A DNA stretch of 64,000 nucleotides from an uncultured Porphyromonadaceae bacterium (GTDB lineage Bacteria; Bacteroidota; Bacteroidia; Bacteroidales; Muribaculaceae), in NCBI GenBank assembly GCA_947643665.1, contig CANRWW010000003.1, positions 4,340-68,339 on the forward strand. The letters are read 5' to 3'. The position numbers and the translations under genes were made by a program. Within the stretch, counting starts at the first letter, position 1; every line of letters begins with the position of its first letter. Below, in pieces: positions 52,916 through 61,910 of the stretch. The notes under the pieces are model-generated. The model ran no database searches and was not told where the DNA came from. It saw only the letters and a program-made list of their open reading frames with translations.

Positions 52916-53536
52916 TTACATTATGGAATCTGAAAACAGCGTGCGGTTCTGCAGTGATCTTCCGAGTGTAACCTCGTCGGTGTATTCTATTTCGTTGCCT
53001 ACTGATACGCCGCGGGCAAGTTGGGTGATTTTTATGTCATACGGCTGTAACCGACGGTATATATAATAGTCTGTTGTGTCTCCTTCCATGGTCGCGCTCA
53101 GGGCAAGGATCACTTCCTTTATGTTTCCTGATGCCACCCGCTCTACAAGTGAGTCTATCTGTAGCTTGTCAGGACCGATGCCGTCAATAGGGGAGATGAT
53201 TCCGCCAAGCACATGGTATAGTCCATGAAATGAATGCGTGTTTTCAAAGACAAGCACGTCTTTGACGCTTTCTACCACGCATATGGTGGTATTGTCGCGG
53301 CGCATGTCGGCGCATATCGGGCAGACGTCGGTTTCTGAGATGTTATGGCATATATTGCAGTATTTTATGCCTTTGCGTAAATTGATTATTGATTCGCCGA
53401 GTGAGACAGACGTGGACAGATCTTCGCGCAACAGGTGCAAAGCTAGCCTTAAGGCGGTTTTTCGTCCGATTCCAGGCAAACGCGATATTTCTGTTACTGC
53501 GGTTTCAAGCAACGCCGATTCAAATTCGCTGTTCAT
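52916..53536 (-). CDS. recR: Recombination protein RecR
   Basis: It has an HhH N-terminus ([13 protein letters not shown]), the C4 zinc finger [16 protein letters not shown] and a Toprim region. The start is trimmed to [10 protein letters not shown], consistent with the -7 box at 53564-53571. Confidence 0.93.
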   Translation of the reverse strand: MNSEFESALLETAVTEISRLPGIGRKTALRLALHLLREDLSTSVSLGESIINLRKGIKYCNICHNISETDVCPICADMRRDNTTICVVESVKDVLVFENTHSFHGLYHVLGGIISPIDGIGPDKLQIDSLVERVASGNIKEVILALSATMEGDTTDYYIYRRLQPYDIKITQLARGVSVGNEIEYTDEVTLGRSLQNRTLFSDSIM

Positions 53537-53563
53537 GTTTCTGTTTGAATACTTACTTCTATG

Positions 53564-53571
53564 CAAAGATA
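53564..53571 (-). promoter_or_regulatory. Bacteroidetes -7 promoter box (TAnnTTTG)
   Basis: TATCTTTG on the minus strand, 27 nt upstream of the recR ATG at 53536. Confidence 0.45.
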
Positions 53572-53695
53572 CGAAATTTTACCGGAGGTCATTAAAAAGT
53601 TTTTTATAACTTGTTTAATAATTGTATGGTGCCTTTTGGTGCCGTAAAACATTCTCTTATTGTTTGGAATGTTAATGGAGTTTCTGTAATTTTGT

Positions 53696-54346
53696 ATGAT
53701 TATGGAATATATCTGGCATATTATAAGTTCCGGGTTACTCATAGGCATATTTATTTCTGCGCCTATGGGGCCTGTCGGTATGCTGGTAATACAACGTACC
53801 CTTAACAAAGGGCGCCTTCCAGCTCTGTTTACTGGAATAGGTGCGGCTTTTTCTGACCTGACTTATAGTTTGCTTACAGGTCTTGGCATATCTTTTATTA
53901 CAGATTTCATAGAGTCCAAGGAGTTGCTTTTACAGATCGCCGGTAGTGTAGTGCTTATAGGGTTCGCATTTTATCTTTTCCGTACCAATCCTACTGCGGC
54001 ATTGAAAAAGCCTGACGATGTCCAGAATACTTTTTGGAAAGATTTAGGCACCGGGTTCCTGTTTACATTTGCTAATCCGTTGATATTGTTTTTCATAATA
54101 GGTCTGTTTGCCCGCTTTAATTTTTTTCTTCCGGAGTTCCGATACTATCACTATCTCCTGGGATATGCTTGTATTTTTGGTGGCGCACTGTTATGGTGGT
54201 GGCTGATAACATATTTTGTAAACAAGGTGCGGGCCCACTTCAATGTGCGTTCACTGTGGATTTTTAACCGTATAATCAGTGCCGTGCTTTTTGTTATGGC
54301 GTTGATAGGGCTATATAAAGGTGTTTCGGGTTATCTGACCTTGTAA
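53696..54346 (+). CDS. LysE/RhtB-family amino-acid efflux protein
   Basis: 216 aa with about six TM helices and the LysE-type N-terminal helix-Pro-Gly region (FISAPMGPVGMLVIQRTL). Confidence 0.8.
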   Translation: MIMEYIWHIISSGLLIGIFISAPMGPVGMLVIQRTLNKGRLPALFTGIGAAFSDLTYSLLTGLGISFITDFIESKELLLQIAGSVVLIGFAFYLFRTNPTAALKKPDDVQNTFWKDLGTGFLFTFANPLILFFIIGLFARFNFFLPEFRYYHYLLGYACIFGGALLWWWLITYFVNKVRAHFNVRSLWIFNRIISAVLFVMALIGLYKGVSGYLTL

Positions 54347-54382
54347 TCTTAAGCCCGTTTTTTTATAACAAGATATTTCGTC

Positions 54383-55048
54383 ATGGTCAATAACAAGAAA
54401 AATATACTTCATATACCATATAATCCGACATTCGATTCCATGAAAATGGAGGAGGTGGTCAATGCCCTTGAAGAATGTGGGGCACGCTTCTCTGTAGAGT
54501 CTCTCAACTGGCCTGACAGATTTCCTTATCGCCCTTTGACTATAGTGACGGCCGCTCATTCAAACCGTTATCTCTATATTGATTTCCTTGTGAGATGCAA
54601 CTATTTGCGTGCGGTTAACTTTACAGACAATTCACCAGTGAGTGAAGATTCCTGTGTGGAATTTTATGTGGCTCCTGATCCGGCAAAGGATGCTTATTGG
54701 GTTTTCGAACTCAATTGCGTGGGCACGATAAATGCTGCCTTTTGCACCGGTAAAGCTGAATGCACCCCATTGTCGGCTGATTTTCTGAAACAGATAAAGA
54801 GGCATACTTCCGTAGGTACGCGTCCATTCCAGGAAGTAGAAGGGTCGTTTATCTGGAACGTGGCAATGGCTATTCCTCTGGAATTGCTTGGGAGTGAATA
54901 TAATGGTGAGCCGATGATGATGAGAGGCAACTTTAATAAATGTGCGTCGGCCACTTCCCAGCCGCATTATCTGAGTTGGTCGCCCATAAATACCGATAGT
55001 CCCGATTTTCACCAACCAGAATTTTTCGGTGATATTATTCTGGACTGA
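54383..55048 (+). CDS. Carbohydrate-binding family 9-like (DOMON-like) protein
   Basis: 221 aa. YLYIDFLV...EDSCVEFYVAPD...YWVFELNCVGT...RGNFNKC resembles the CBM9-like families annotated in Bacteroidales. This rests on recall only. Confidence 0.6.
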   Translation: MVNNKKNILHIPYNPTFDSMKMEEVVNALEECGARFSVESLNWPDRFPYRPLTIVTAAHSNRYLYIDFLVRCNYLRAVNFTDNSPVSEDSCVEFYVAPDPAKDAYWVFELNCVGTINAAFCTGKAECTPLSADFLKQIKRHTSVGTRPFQEVEGSFIWNVAMAIPLELLGSEYNGEPMMMRGNFNKCASATSQPHYLSWSPINTDSPDFHQPEFFGDIILD

Positions 55049-55173
55049 TTATATTGAACAGTGTTGTAATAATCTACTCATTAAAAATTATTACAGACTT
55101 ATGGTTTAAGGCATTTTAATGCTGTTTTTGCCAGTCAGGTCAACCTTAAATAATTTTTTATTGTTTTCTTACC

Positions 55174-56676
55174 ATGGATAACATTACACTTGCCAAAAAC
55201 AAAGTGGTGAAATTTCTCGGCAAGGATCCGAAGATGTTCACCCGTGCCGACATTATTGCTTTTATAGAGCAGAATGGCATAGAGATGGTCAATTTCATGT
55301 ATCCCGCCGGTGACGGGAGGCTCAAAACCCTGAATTTTGTGATCAACAACAGGAAGTATCTGGAAACAATCCTCGTGTCTGGCGAGCGGGTTGACGGTTC
55401 AAGCCTGTTCCCGTTCATTGAGGCGGGCAACAGCGATCTTTACGTGATCCCGCGATACAGCACCGCTTTTGTGGATCCTTTTTCAGAGATACCGACCCTT
55501 ACAATGCTCTGTACATTCTTTAACAAGGAGGGACAGCCGCTTGCGGAGTCGCCAGAGCAGACGTTGCGTAAGGCTTGCGATGCGTTCCATAGCTCAACCG
55601 GGCTTGAATTTGAGGCCATGGGTGAGCTGGAGTATTACGTGATAGCTCCTTACGACGGTACTTTCCCTGCCACAGACCAGAAAGGATACCATGAATCGGC
55701 GCCGTTTGCCAAATTCAATAAATTCCGTGCCAGGTGCATGAACTATATCGCGCAGACAGGCGGACAGATAAAATACGGACATTCCGAGGTTGGAAATTTT
55801 ACCATAGATGGAATGGTTTATGAGCAGAACGAGATTGAATTCCTTCCTGTCAATGCCCTTGAAGCAGCCGATCAGCTTATGCTCGCCAAATGGGTTATAA
55901 GAAATCTAGCTAGCGAAGAGGGGCTTAATGTCACCTTCGCTCCAAAGATAACCACAGGTAAAGCCGGATCCGGATTGCATGTGCATATGCGTCTTACCCG
56001 CGACGGAGTAAATGTAATGCTTGGGAAAGACCATAGGTTGAGCGCTGAGGCGCGGCGTCTTATTGCCGGTCTGATGGAACTTGCACCGAGCATTACCGCA
56101 TTCGGGAATACCAATCCGACAAGTTATTTCCGTCTGGTGCCACATCAAGAAGCCCCGACTAATGTCTGCTGGGGTGACCGCAACCGCTCTGTGCTTGTGC
56201 GTGTGCCTCTTGGGTGGACTGCTGACTGCGACATGAGTGTATTGGCAAATCCTCTTGAGGCGCCGTCAGGATTCGATGCTTCGCAGAAACAGACTATTGA
56301 AATAAGGTCGGCTGATGGCTCGGCAGACATATATCTGCTTCTTGCGGCTTTGGCTGTTGCTGCACGTCGTGGATTTGAAAACGCTGAAGCTGAAAAAATT
56401 GCGGATGAGACTTATGTGGATGTAAATATCCATAGTGACGAGAATAAAGCAAAGGCGGCAGCTCTTGCGCATTTGCCGGCAAATTGTGCTGAAAGCGCCG
56501 ATGCTCTTGACCGCCAGAAGGCCATATATGAGGCCGATGGTGTGTTCCCGGCGTCAATGCTCGCAGGGATTATGAACCGTTTGCGTGGTTTCAATGATAG
56601 AAATCTTGCTTCTGAGGCGCGTAAAGATCATGATCTTATGAAACGCCTGGTAAACCAGTATTTCCATTGTGGTTGA
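55174..56676 (+). CDS. glnA: Glutamine synthetase (500-aa type I-like form)
   Basis: It has an N-terminal beta-grasp domain and a catalytic domain with KAGSGLHVHMRL, NPTSYFRLVP and IEIRSADGSADIYL. Confidence 0.88.
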   Translation: MDNITLAKNKVVKFLGKDPKMFTRADIIAFIEQNGIEMVNFMYPAGDGRLKTLNFVINNRKYLETILVSGERVDGSSLFPFIEAGNSDLYVIPRYSTAFVDPFSEIPTLTMLCTFFNKEGQPLAESPEQTLRKACDAFHSSTGLEFEAMGELEYYVIAPYDGTFPATDQKGYHESAPFAKFNKFRARCMNYIAQTGGQIKYGHSEVGNFTIDGMVYEQNEIEFLPVNALEAADQLMLAKWVIRNLASEEGLNVTFAPKITTGKAGSGLHVHMRLTRDGVNVMLGKDHRLSAEARRLIAGLMELAPSITAFGNTNPTSYFRLVPHQEAPTNVCWGDRNRSVLVRVPLGWTADCDMSVLANPLEAPSGFDASQKQTIEIRSADGSADIYLLLAALAVAARRGFENAEAEKIADETYVDVNIHSDENKAKAAALAHLPANCAESADALDRQKAIYEADGVFPASMLAGIMNRLRGFNDRNLASEARKDHDLMKRLVNQYFHCG

Positions 56677-56747
56677 AACTGGTCAGAAACCGCGGTATAA
56701 CTTATAATGTGAGATTATTATAAAGGCATTATTTGATGCTGCGACAT

Positions 56748-56796
56748 ATTTTCAGACAAAAAATGCAGTTGGAATATGTGTTTTTTGTCTGAAAAT
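56748..56796 (+). terminator. Intrinsic terminator of glnA
   Basis: A 16-bp stem attttcagacaaaaaa / ttttttgtctgaaaat with a 17-nt loop, followed by tttg. Confidence 0.6.
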
Positions 56797-56819
56797 TTTG
56801 TCAGTTCAAAAATAGTTCT

Positions 56820-56827
56820 TACCTTTG
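56820..56827 (+). promoter_or_regulatory. Bacteroidetes -7 promoter box (TAnnTTTG)
   Basis: TACCTTTG, 56 nt upstream of the 5' end of the tRNA. Confidence 0.45.
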
Positions 56828-56883
56828 CATCGTTGAAAGAGGAACAACATTTCAGACTTCAACAAAGAGCAATTTTTCATAAT

Positions 56884-56956
56884 GGCGATTTAGTGTAGTG
56901 GCCTAGCACGCCACCCTCTCACGGTGGAGACCCGGGTTCGATTCCCGGATTCGCTA
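56884..56956 (+). tRNA. tRNA-Glu (anticodon CUC)
   Basis: Hand-folded cloverleaf:
- acceptor stem GGCGATT/ATTCGCT;
- D arm GTGT-AGTGGCCTA-GCAC;
- anticodon arm CCACC-CTCTCAC-GGTGG, giving anticodon CTC with T33 and A37;
- 4-nt variable loop;
- T arm CCGGG-TTCGATT-CCCGG;
- discriminator A, with no encoded CCA. Confidence 0.85.
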
Positions 56957-56963
56957 CTCGCCA

Positions 56964-57002
56964 AAAAAATCGGTTTGCCGAAATTCGGCAAACCGATTTT
57001 TT
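56964..57002. terminator. Strong intrinsic terminator after the tRNA (bidirectional A/T-flanked)
   Basis: A perfect stem cggtttgccg / cggcaaaccg, extended by an A-run pairing with a T-run (about 17 bp in total), with the loop aaatt. Confidence 0.75.
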
Positions 57003-57045
57003 GTATATGGACGACTGGTTGTAACAGAACCGGCAGCAAAGTATT

Positions 57046-57096
57046 GGCGCATAGTAAAAACTGTGTTTATGGAATTACAGTTTTTTACTATGCGCC
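57046..57096. terminator. Intrinsic terminator hairpin downstream of the CapA-family gene
   Basis: A roughly 19-bp stem ggcgcatagtaaaaactgt / acagttttttactatgcgcc with one bulged T, about 45 nt past the 57139 stop. Confidence 0.65.
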
Positions 57097-57138
57097 TTAA
57101 ATTGTGCTAAAGCGTGATCTGGCTTGTATAGGGGTATA

Positions 57139-58164
57139 TTATTTTAGGGCCGAACGGAAGGCCGTGGCTGCGGTACGCCATGCGGCGGGAACGCTGTCAA
57201 TCGGGTATACTACGAAATTTTTGGATGGGTTGCCGTGCGGAGGTACTGTGAATATGAGTTCGTAGCGTGCGTCTGATACTGTGGGATGTCCGATGCTGTC
57301 GCGTGTGAGTTTTACTACGGCGAGTGCTCCACCACGTGTGTCGCGCGTTTTCATGTTTGAGATAAAGTTACCGAGGGAATAAACGACAAGCGCGGGGCGT
57401 CCGGTAAGCGGGTTGGTACGCATCTCATATGGTTGCACTACATGCGGATGCCCTCCGATAACCATATCTACACCTTGTTCTATAAGGAAATCGGCGAGTG
57501 ACTTCTCGCTGGCTACAGGCAATAGGCGATATTCTTCTCCCCAGTGCATGGCTGCCACTATGATTTCGGCTCCTGCTGTGCGCGTGGTTTTGATGTCGCG
57601 GGTTATCTGTTCTCGGTTTATGTAGTCAACCACGGCATCTGTCTGTACGGTGAAGCCGTTGGTGCCATAAGTATAGTTTATAAATCCGATCTTGAAACCC
57701 TTTATGTTGACTATATGCGGGATACGTTTGGAGCGCTCCCCAGCATTGTTGTAGGTGCCGATATGGGGAAGGTGCAGCGAGTCAAGAACCGCTATGGTAT
57801 TCTTCAAGCCTTTGTCACGACGGTCAAGTGTATGGTTGTTTGCGGTAAGAAAAAGGTCGAAACCGGTTTCAGACAATGCCTGCACATATTCCACTGGGGA
57901 GTTGAAACATGGGTAACCGGTGAAATTACTGTTACCTATAGGTGTTTCAAGGTTTACAACGGCGTAGTCAGCATTGCTTATCAATGGTTTTATTGGTTTG
58001 AAGCATTCCGAATAGTCGTATCCGTTGCCTTCAGCGAGAGCGTGTGCGGCATCAATCTGCGCCTGATGCATCATGGCGTCTCCTGCAAATATAAGCGTGG
58101 CTTCCTGAGCCCCGGCCATGGCCAGGGTCAGTTTCATCACGATAGCCAGGATTGCTTCAGGCAT
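57139..58164 (-). CDS. CapA-family (PGA_cap metallophosphatase-like) protein
   Basis: 341 aa with CapA-type motifs FAGDAMMH, NLETP, ANNHTLD and GGHPHVVQPYE. It starts 30 nt downstream of the folD stop on the same strand. Confidence 0.8.
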   Translation of the reverse strand: MPEAILAIVMKLTLAMAGAQEATLIFAGDAMMHQAQIDAAHALAEGNGYDYSECFKPIKPLISNADYAVVNLETPIGNSNFTGYPCFNSPVEYVQALSETGFDLFLTANNHTLDRRDKGLKNTIAVLDSLHLPHIGTYNNAGERSKRIPHIVNIKGFKIGFINYTYGTNGFTVQTDAVVDYINREQITRDIKTTRTAGAEIIVAAMHWGEEYRLLPVASEKSLADFLIEQGVDMVIGGHPHVVQPYEMRTNPLTGRPALVVYSLGNFISNMKTRDTRGGALAVVKLTRDSIGHPTVSDARYELIFTVPPHGNPSKNFVVYPIDSVPAAWRTAATAFRSALK

Positions 58165-58194
58165 AGCTGTTCATTTAAGTTCTGAGGTCAGTTT

Positions 58195-59079
58195 TCAGTC
58201 TTGATATATTGTGTGCTGTGCAGCCAGAAGCGTATTGCGCATCAGGGATACTATGGTCATAGGCCCTACGCCTCCAGGCACAGGGGTTATAAAAGCGCAT
58301 TTGGGTGCGACTTCATCAAATTTCACATCCCCGCAAAGGCGGAAGCCGCTTTTACGCGATGCGTCAGGCACGCGGGTAGTGCCGACATCAATCACGGTAG
58401 CCCCATCTTTTACCATGTCGGCAGTGACTGATTCAGGGCGCCCCATGGCGGCGATAAGTATATCGGCGTTGCTGCAGACCTCCTTCAGGTTTTTTGTGTC
58501 GCGGTGGCAAACTGTCACGGTGGCATTTCCGGGATAGCCTTTTTGCATCATAAGTGCTGCCACAGGTTTGCCTACGATATTGCTACGTCCGAGTACCACA
58601 CAATTCGCGCCCGATGTCGGCACATTATAACGTTCCAGAAGCATCATTATGCCGGCTGGTGTGGCGCTTCTAAAACAGGGGAGACCTATTGACATGCGTC
58701 CTACGTTGATCGGATGGAATCCGTCAACATCTTTGCGGTAATCAATTGCTTCTATTAGTTTTTGTTCTGAGATATGGCGGGGGAGCGGCAGCTGCACGAT
58801 GAATCCGTCTACTTCGCTGTCATTGTTGAGACGGTATATTTCCTCAAGCAGGCGGTCTTCGGTCACATCATCTTCAAAGCGTATGAGCGATGATGTGAAA
58901 CCGCATTCGGCACATGATTTTACTTTATTGGCAACGTATGTCTCGCTGCCACCGTCATGCCCGACGAGTATGGCGGCAAGATGTGGGCGCCGTTTCCCTC
59001 CGGCTACCATTTTTTCTACTTCCGCAGCTATCTCCTGTTTGATTTCAGCGGCGACTTTCTTTCCGTCAATCAGCTCCAT
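58195..59079 (-). CDS. folD: Bifunctional methylenetetrahydrofolate dehydrogenase/cyclohydrolase
   Basis: 294 aa with [28 protein letters not shown] and [11 protein letters not shown]. Confidence 0.95.
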   Translation of the reverse strand: MELIDGKKVAAEIKQEIAAEVEKMVAGGKRRPHLAAILVGHDGGSETYVANKVKSCAECGFTSSLIRFEDDVTEDRLLEEIYRLNNDSEVDGFIVQLPLPRHISEQKLIEAIDYRKDVDGFHPINVGRMSIGLPCFRSATPAGIMMLLERYNVPTSGANCVVLGRSNIVGKPVAALMMQKGYPGNATVTVCHRDTKNLKEVCSNADILIAAMGRPESVTADMVKDGATVIDVGTTRVPDASRKSGFRLCGDVKFDEVAPKCAFITPVPGGVGPMTIVSLMRNTLLAAQHTIYQD

Positions 59080-59144
59080 GTTATTATGTTGGCGATTATT
59101 AAGTGGATGGTGATAATAATAGATACAGCTGGATTTCGTAATTA

Positions 59145-60473
59145 TCAGCGGCGACGCATCTGGCGCATCATCTGCATGGGGTTCTTCATGGATGTCGCGG
59201 CCTTCATGACCTTGCGTGTCTGTTCAAACTGCGTGAGCAGGCGGTTTACTTCCTGTAGAGATGTGCCGGAACCGGCAGCTATGCGGCGGCGGCGGCTTCC
59301 GTTGATTATCGAAGGGTTCACGCGTTCTTTTTCTGTCATGGAACTGATGATGGCTTCTATGCCTTTGAATGCGTTATCGTCAATTTCCACATCTTTCAGT
59401 GCTTTTCCGACACCTGGTATCATGGCAGCGAGATCTTTGAGATTGCCCATTTTTTTGATCTGCTGGATCTGGCCAAGAAAATCGTTGAAGTTGAATTCGT
59501 TCTTGGCAATCTTGCGCTGGAGTTCGCGTGCCTTTTTTTCGTCGAATTGCTGCTGGGCTTTTTCCACAAGTGACACTATGTCGCCCATGCCGAGTATGCG
59601 GTCGGCCATACGCGAGGGGTGGAAAAAGTCAAGTGCGTCCATTTTTTCGCCGGTACCTACGAACTTGATAGGCTTCGTCACCACGGTGCGGATCGAAAGG
59701 GCCGCGCCGCCACGTGTGTCGCCGTCAAGTTTTGTGAGCACTACGCCGTCGAAGTCCAGACGGTCGTTGAATTCTTTTGCAGTGTTCACCGCATCCTGGC
59801 CGGTCATGGAGTCAACCACAAAGAGTGTTTCCTGTGGTTTGATGGCTTTTTTTATCGCTTCGATTTCATCCATCATCTGTTCGTCAACAGCAAGACGGCC
59901 TGCTGTATCCACGATCACAAGATCCAGATGGTTGCGTTTTGCATGCTCAATAGCGTTACGGGCGATTTCGACCGGATTTTTGTTCCCTTCTTCGGTGTAT
60001 ACAGGCACATCAATCTGTTGTGCGAGCACTTTCAGCTGTTCGATTGCAGCAGGGCGGTAAACGTCGCAAGCTACCAGCAAGGGGCGTTTGCCTTTTTCGC
60101 TTTTGAATTTTTTAGCGAGTTTGCCTGAGAAAGTCGTTTTACCAGATCCTTGCAAGCCCGACATGAGTATGACAGTGGGATTTCCCGAGAGGTTTACCTG
60201 CGCGGTCTCCCCGCCCATGAGCTGGGCCAATTCGTCGTGCACGATCTTTACCATCAGCTCCTGTGGCTTGACGGCGTTGATCACGTTCTGACCTATAGCT
60301 TTGGCCTTTACTGTATCGGTGAAATTTTTGGCAACTTTGTAATTGACGTCTGCGTCAAGCAGAGCCCGGCGCACGTCTTTAAGGGTTTCGGCAACGTTGA
60401 TTTCTGTGATCTTGCCTTGTCCTTTAAGTATCTTAAAACTCCGTTCAAGTTTCTCGCTTAAGTTCTCAAACAT
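59145..60473 (-). CDS. ffh: Signal recognition particle protein
   Basis: The NG domain has GLQGSGKTT and VDTAGRL. The C-terminal M domain is Met-rich ([14 protein letters not shown]). Confidence 0.95.
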   Translation of the reverse strand: MFENLSEKLERSFKILKGQGKITEINVAETLKDVRRALLDADVNYKVAKNFTDTVKAKAIGQNVINAVKPQELMVKIVHDELAQLMGGETAQVNLSGNPTVILMSGLQGSGKTTFSGKLAKKFKSEKGKRPLLVACDVYRPAAIEQLKVLAQQIDVPVYTEEGNKNPVEIARNAIEHAKRNHLDLVIVDTAGRLAVDEQMMDEIEAIKKAIKPQETLFVVDSMTGQDAVNTAKEFNDRLDFDGVVLTKLDGDTRGGAALSIRTVVTKPIKFVGTGEKMDALDFFHPSRMADRILGMGDIVSLVEKAQQQFDEKKARELQRKIAKNEFNFNDFLGQIQQIKKMGNLKDLAAMIPGVGKALKDVEIDDNAFKGIEAIISSMTEKERVNPSIINGSRRRRIAAGSGTSLQEVNRLLTQFEQTRKVMKAATSMKNPMQMMRQMRRR

Positions 60474-60546
60474 GTCGTGGTATGTGAAGGGGTTATGTCA
60501 GGAGGGAGATTTACGGTATGGGGTGAAGAATGGTTTGGTGGAGAGA

Positions 60547-60900
60547 TTATTTGTCAAGGCGGTTTGTGGCAGTATCGGGAAATATCACGCGCGGTTTGAA
60601 TGTGCGTGCCTCCTCTGGTGTCATTGATGCATATGCCATGATTATTACCACATCGCCTGGTTGTACCTTACGGGCGGCAGCACCGTTGAGGCATATTATC
60701 CCGCTCCCTCGTTCGCCGGGTATAGCGTATGTCTCCAGGCGTTCGCCATTGTTGTTGTCAACGATATACACATGTTCGCCCGGCAGTATTCCGGCGGCGT
60801 CCATGAGATCTTCGTCAATTGTGATGCTACCAATATAGTCCAATCGGGCCTCTGTTACTGAGACGCGGTGGATTTTTGATTTCAATATCTCAATCTGCAT
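60547..60900 (-). CDS. panD: Aspartate 1-decarboxylase (pyruvoyl-dependent)
   Basis: It starts [18 protein letters not shown] and has the self-processing Gly-Ser site in [11 protein letters not shown] trimmed the start from the track's 60933, which would overlap panC. Confidence 0.93.
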   Translation of the reverse strand: MQIEILKSKIHRVSVTEARLDYIGSITIDEDLMDAAGILPGEHVYIVDNNNGERLETYAIPGERGSGIICLNGAAARKVQPGDVVIIMAYASMTPEEARTFKPRVIFPDTATNRLDK

Positions 60901-60904
60901 GGGG

Positions 60905-61768
60905 TTACTGAAGATTGTATTTGATGTTGTCAATAAGGCGTACCTTGCCGCAATATACGGTTATGCATCCTACGGGCGATCCGTTTTTAACGTCACTCCA
61001 GTTTTCTAAAGGCTGCATTGTCAGAGGATCCACAATATCATAATATTCCACCTCCATCTGCGGGAAGGAATTGATTTCATCTATGACATGCCTTTTTGTA
61101 TCGGAAAGCGTATGTGTGCGGGCAAATACGAGGCTTTCTTCCAGAGCTTTATGTATTGCCGGTGCTATTTGGCGTTGTTCTGGTGTGAGGCGTGTGTTGC
61201 GGCTGCTCATTGCAAGTCCGTCGCTTTCCCGGCATATGGGGCAATCTATTACCTGCAAGTTGAATCCCTCCAGCTCAACCATGCGCCGTATGACAGCAAT
61301 CTGCTGGAAGTCTTTCTCACCGAAATATGCCCGGTCTGGTTCAACCATTGCAAATAATTTGCTTACAATCTGGGCTACACCGTTGAAATGGCCCGGACGC
61401 ATGGCTCCTTCCATTACTTCAGCTACCGGGCCGAGATTGAAAACACGGGTGTCTGGTTCTGGATAAACCTCCTCCACGGATGGGATGAAAGCTACATCCA
61501 CACCTGCTTGTGCGAGTTTTGCGCAATCAGCTTCTTCTGTGCGTGGATATGTGGCCAGGTCTTCGGCATTATTGAATTGGGTGGGGTTTACGAAAACGCT
61601 CACCACCACCATGTCATTCTCTTTTCTTGCACGGTCTACAAGGGAGATGTGTCCTGCGTGCAGGGCACCCATAGTGGGCACCAGACCGACGCTTTTGCCG
61701 TTGGCTTTAGCTTCGGCTACACGCTCTCTCAGACCGTCGACTGTTCTGATTATTTCCATTTTAGACAA
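60905..61768 (-). CDS. panC: Pantoate--beta-alanine ligase
   Basis: The HxGH motif [11 protein letters not shown] is present and the protein is about 285 aa. The start is at 61768 or 61759. Confidence 0.93.
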   Translation of the reverse strand: MSKMEIIRTVDGLRERVAEAKANGKSVGLVPTMGALHAGHISLVDRARKENDMVVVSVFVNPTQFNNAEDLATYPRTEEADCAKLAQAGVDVAFIPSVEEVYPEPDTRVFNLGPVAEVMEGAMRPGHFNGVAQIVSKLFAMVEPDRAYFGEKDFQQIAVIRRMVELEGFNLQVIDCPICRESDGLAMSSRNTRLTPEQRQIAPAIHKALEESLVFARTHTLSDTKRHVIDEINSFPQMEVEYYDIVDPLTMQPLENWSDVKNGSPVGCITVYCGKVRLIDNIKYNLQ

Positions 61769-61823
61769 TCGTATGTTCTATAATGCGGTTTCACCCTTTG
61801 GGCCGTCACCGCCAAATTGCCTG

Positions 61824-61831
61824 CAAAGTTA
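61824..61831 (-). promoter_or_regulatory. Bacteroidetes -7 promoter box (TAnnTTTG)
   Basis: TAACTTTG on the minus strand, 55 nt upstream of panC. Confidence 0.4.
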
Positions 61832-61856
61832 ATAAATTATTGTGAAACAATACCAA

Positions 61857-61891
61857 GGGCGCATATGTTATCTTTCCCGCCTTTTGCGCCC
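61857..61891. terminator. Hairpin downstream of the type ISP-like gene (putative terminator)
   Basis: A 7-bp GC stem gggcgca / tgcgccc with a 21-nt loop, 20 nt past the stop at 61911. Confidence 0.4.
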
Positions 61892-61910
61892 CATGTTTTT
61901 TACTTTGGAA

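Noticed and set aside
58957-60060. A 367-aa plus-strand ORF overlapping folD and ffh in antisense.
   Set aside because: It spans two well-supported minus-strand genes and the intergenic gap between them, and its Ser/Arg/Phe-rich translation has no domain signature. The same reasoning applies to the antisense ORFs at 9351-10037, 12440-13174, 24453-25070, 26145-26651, 27172-27681, 34918-35496, 40868-41386, 44098-44706, 48874-49617 and 57544-58185.
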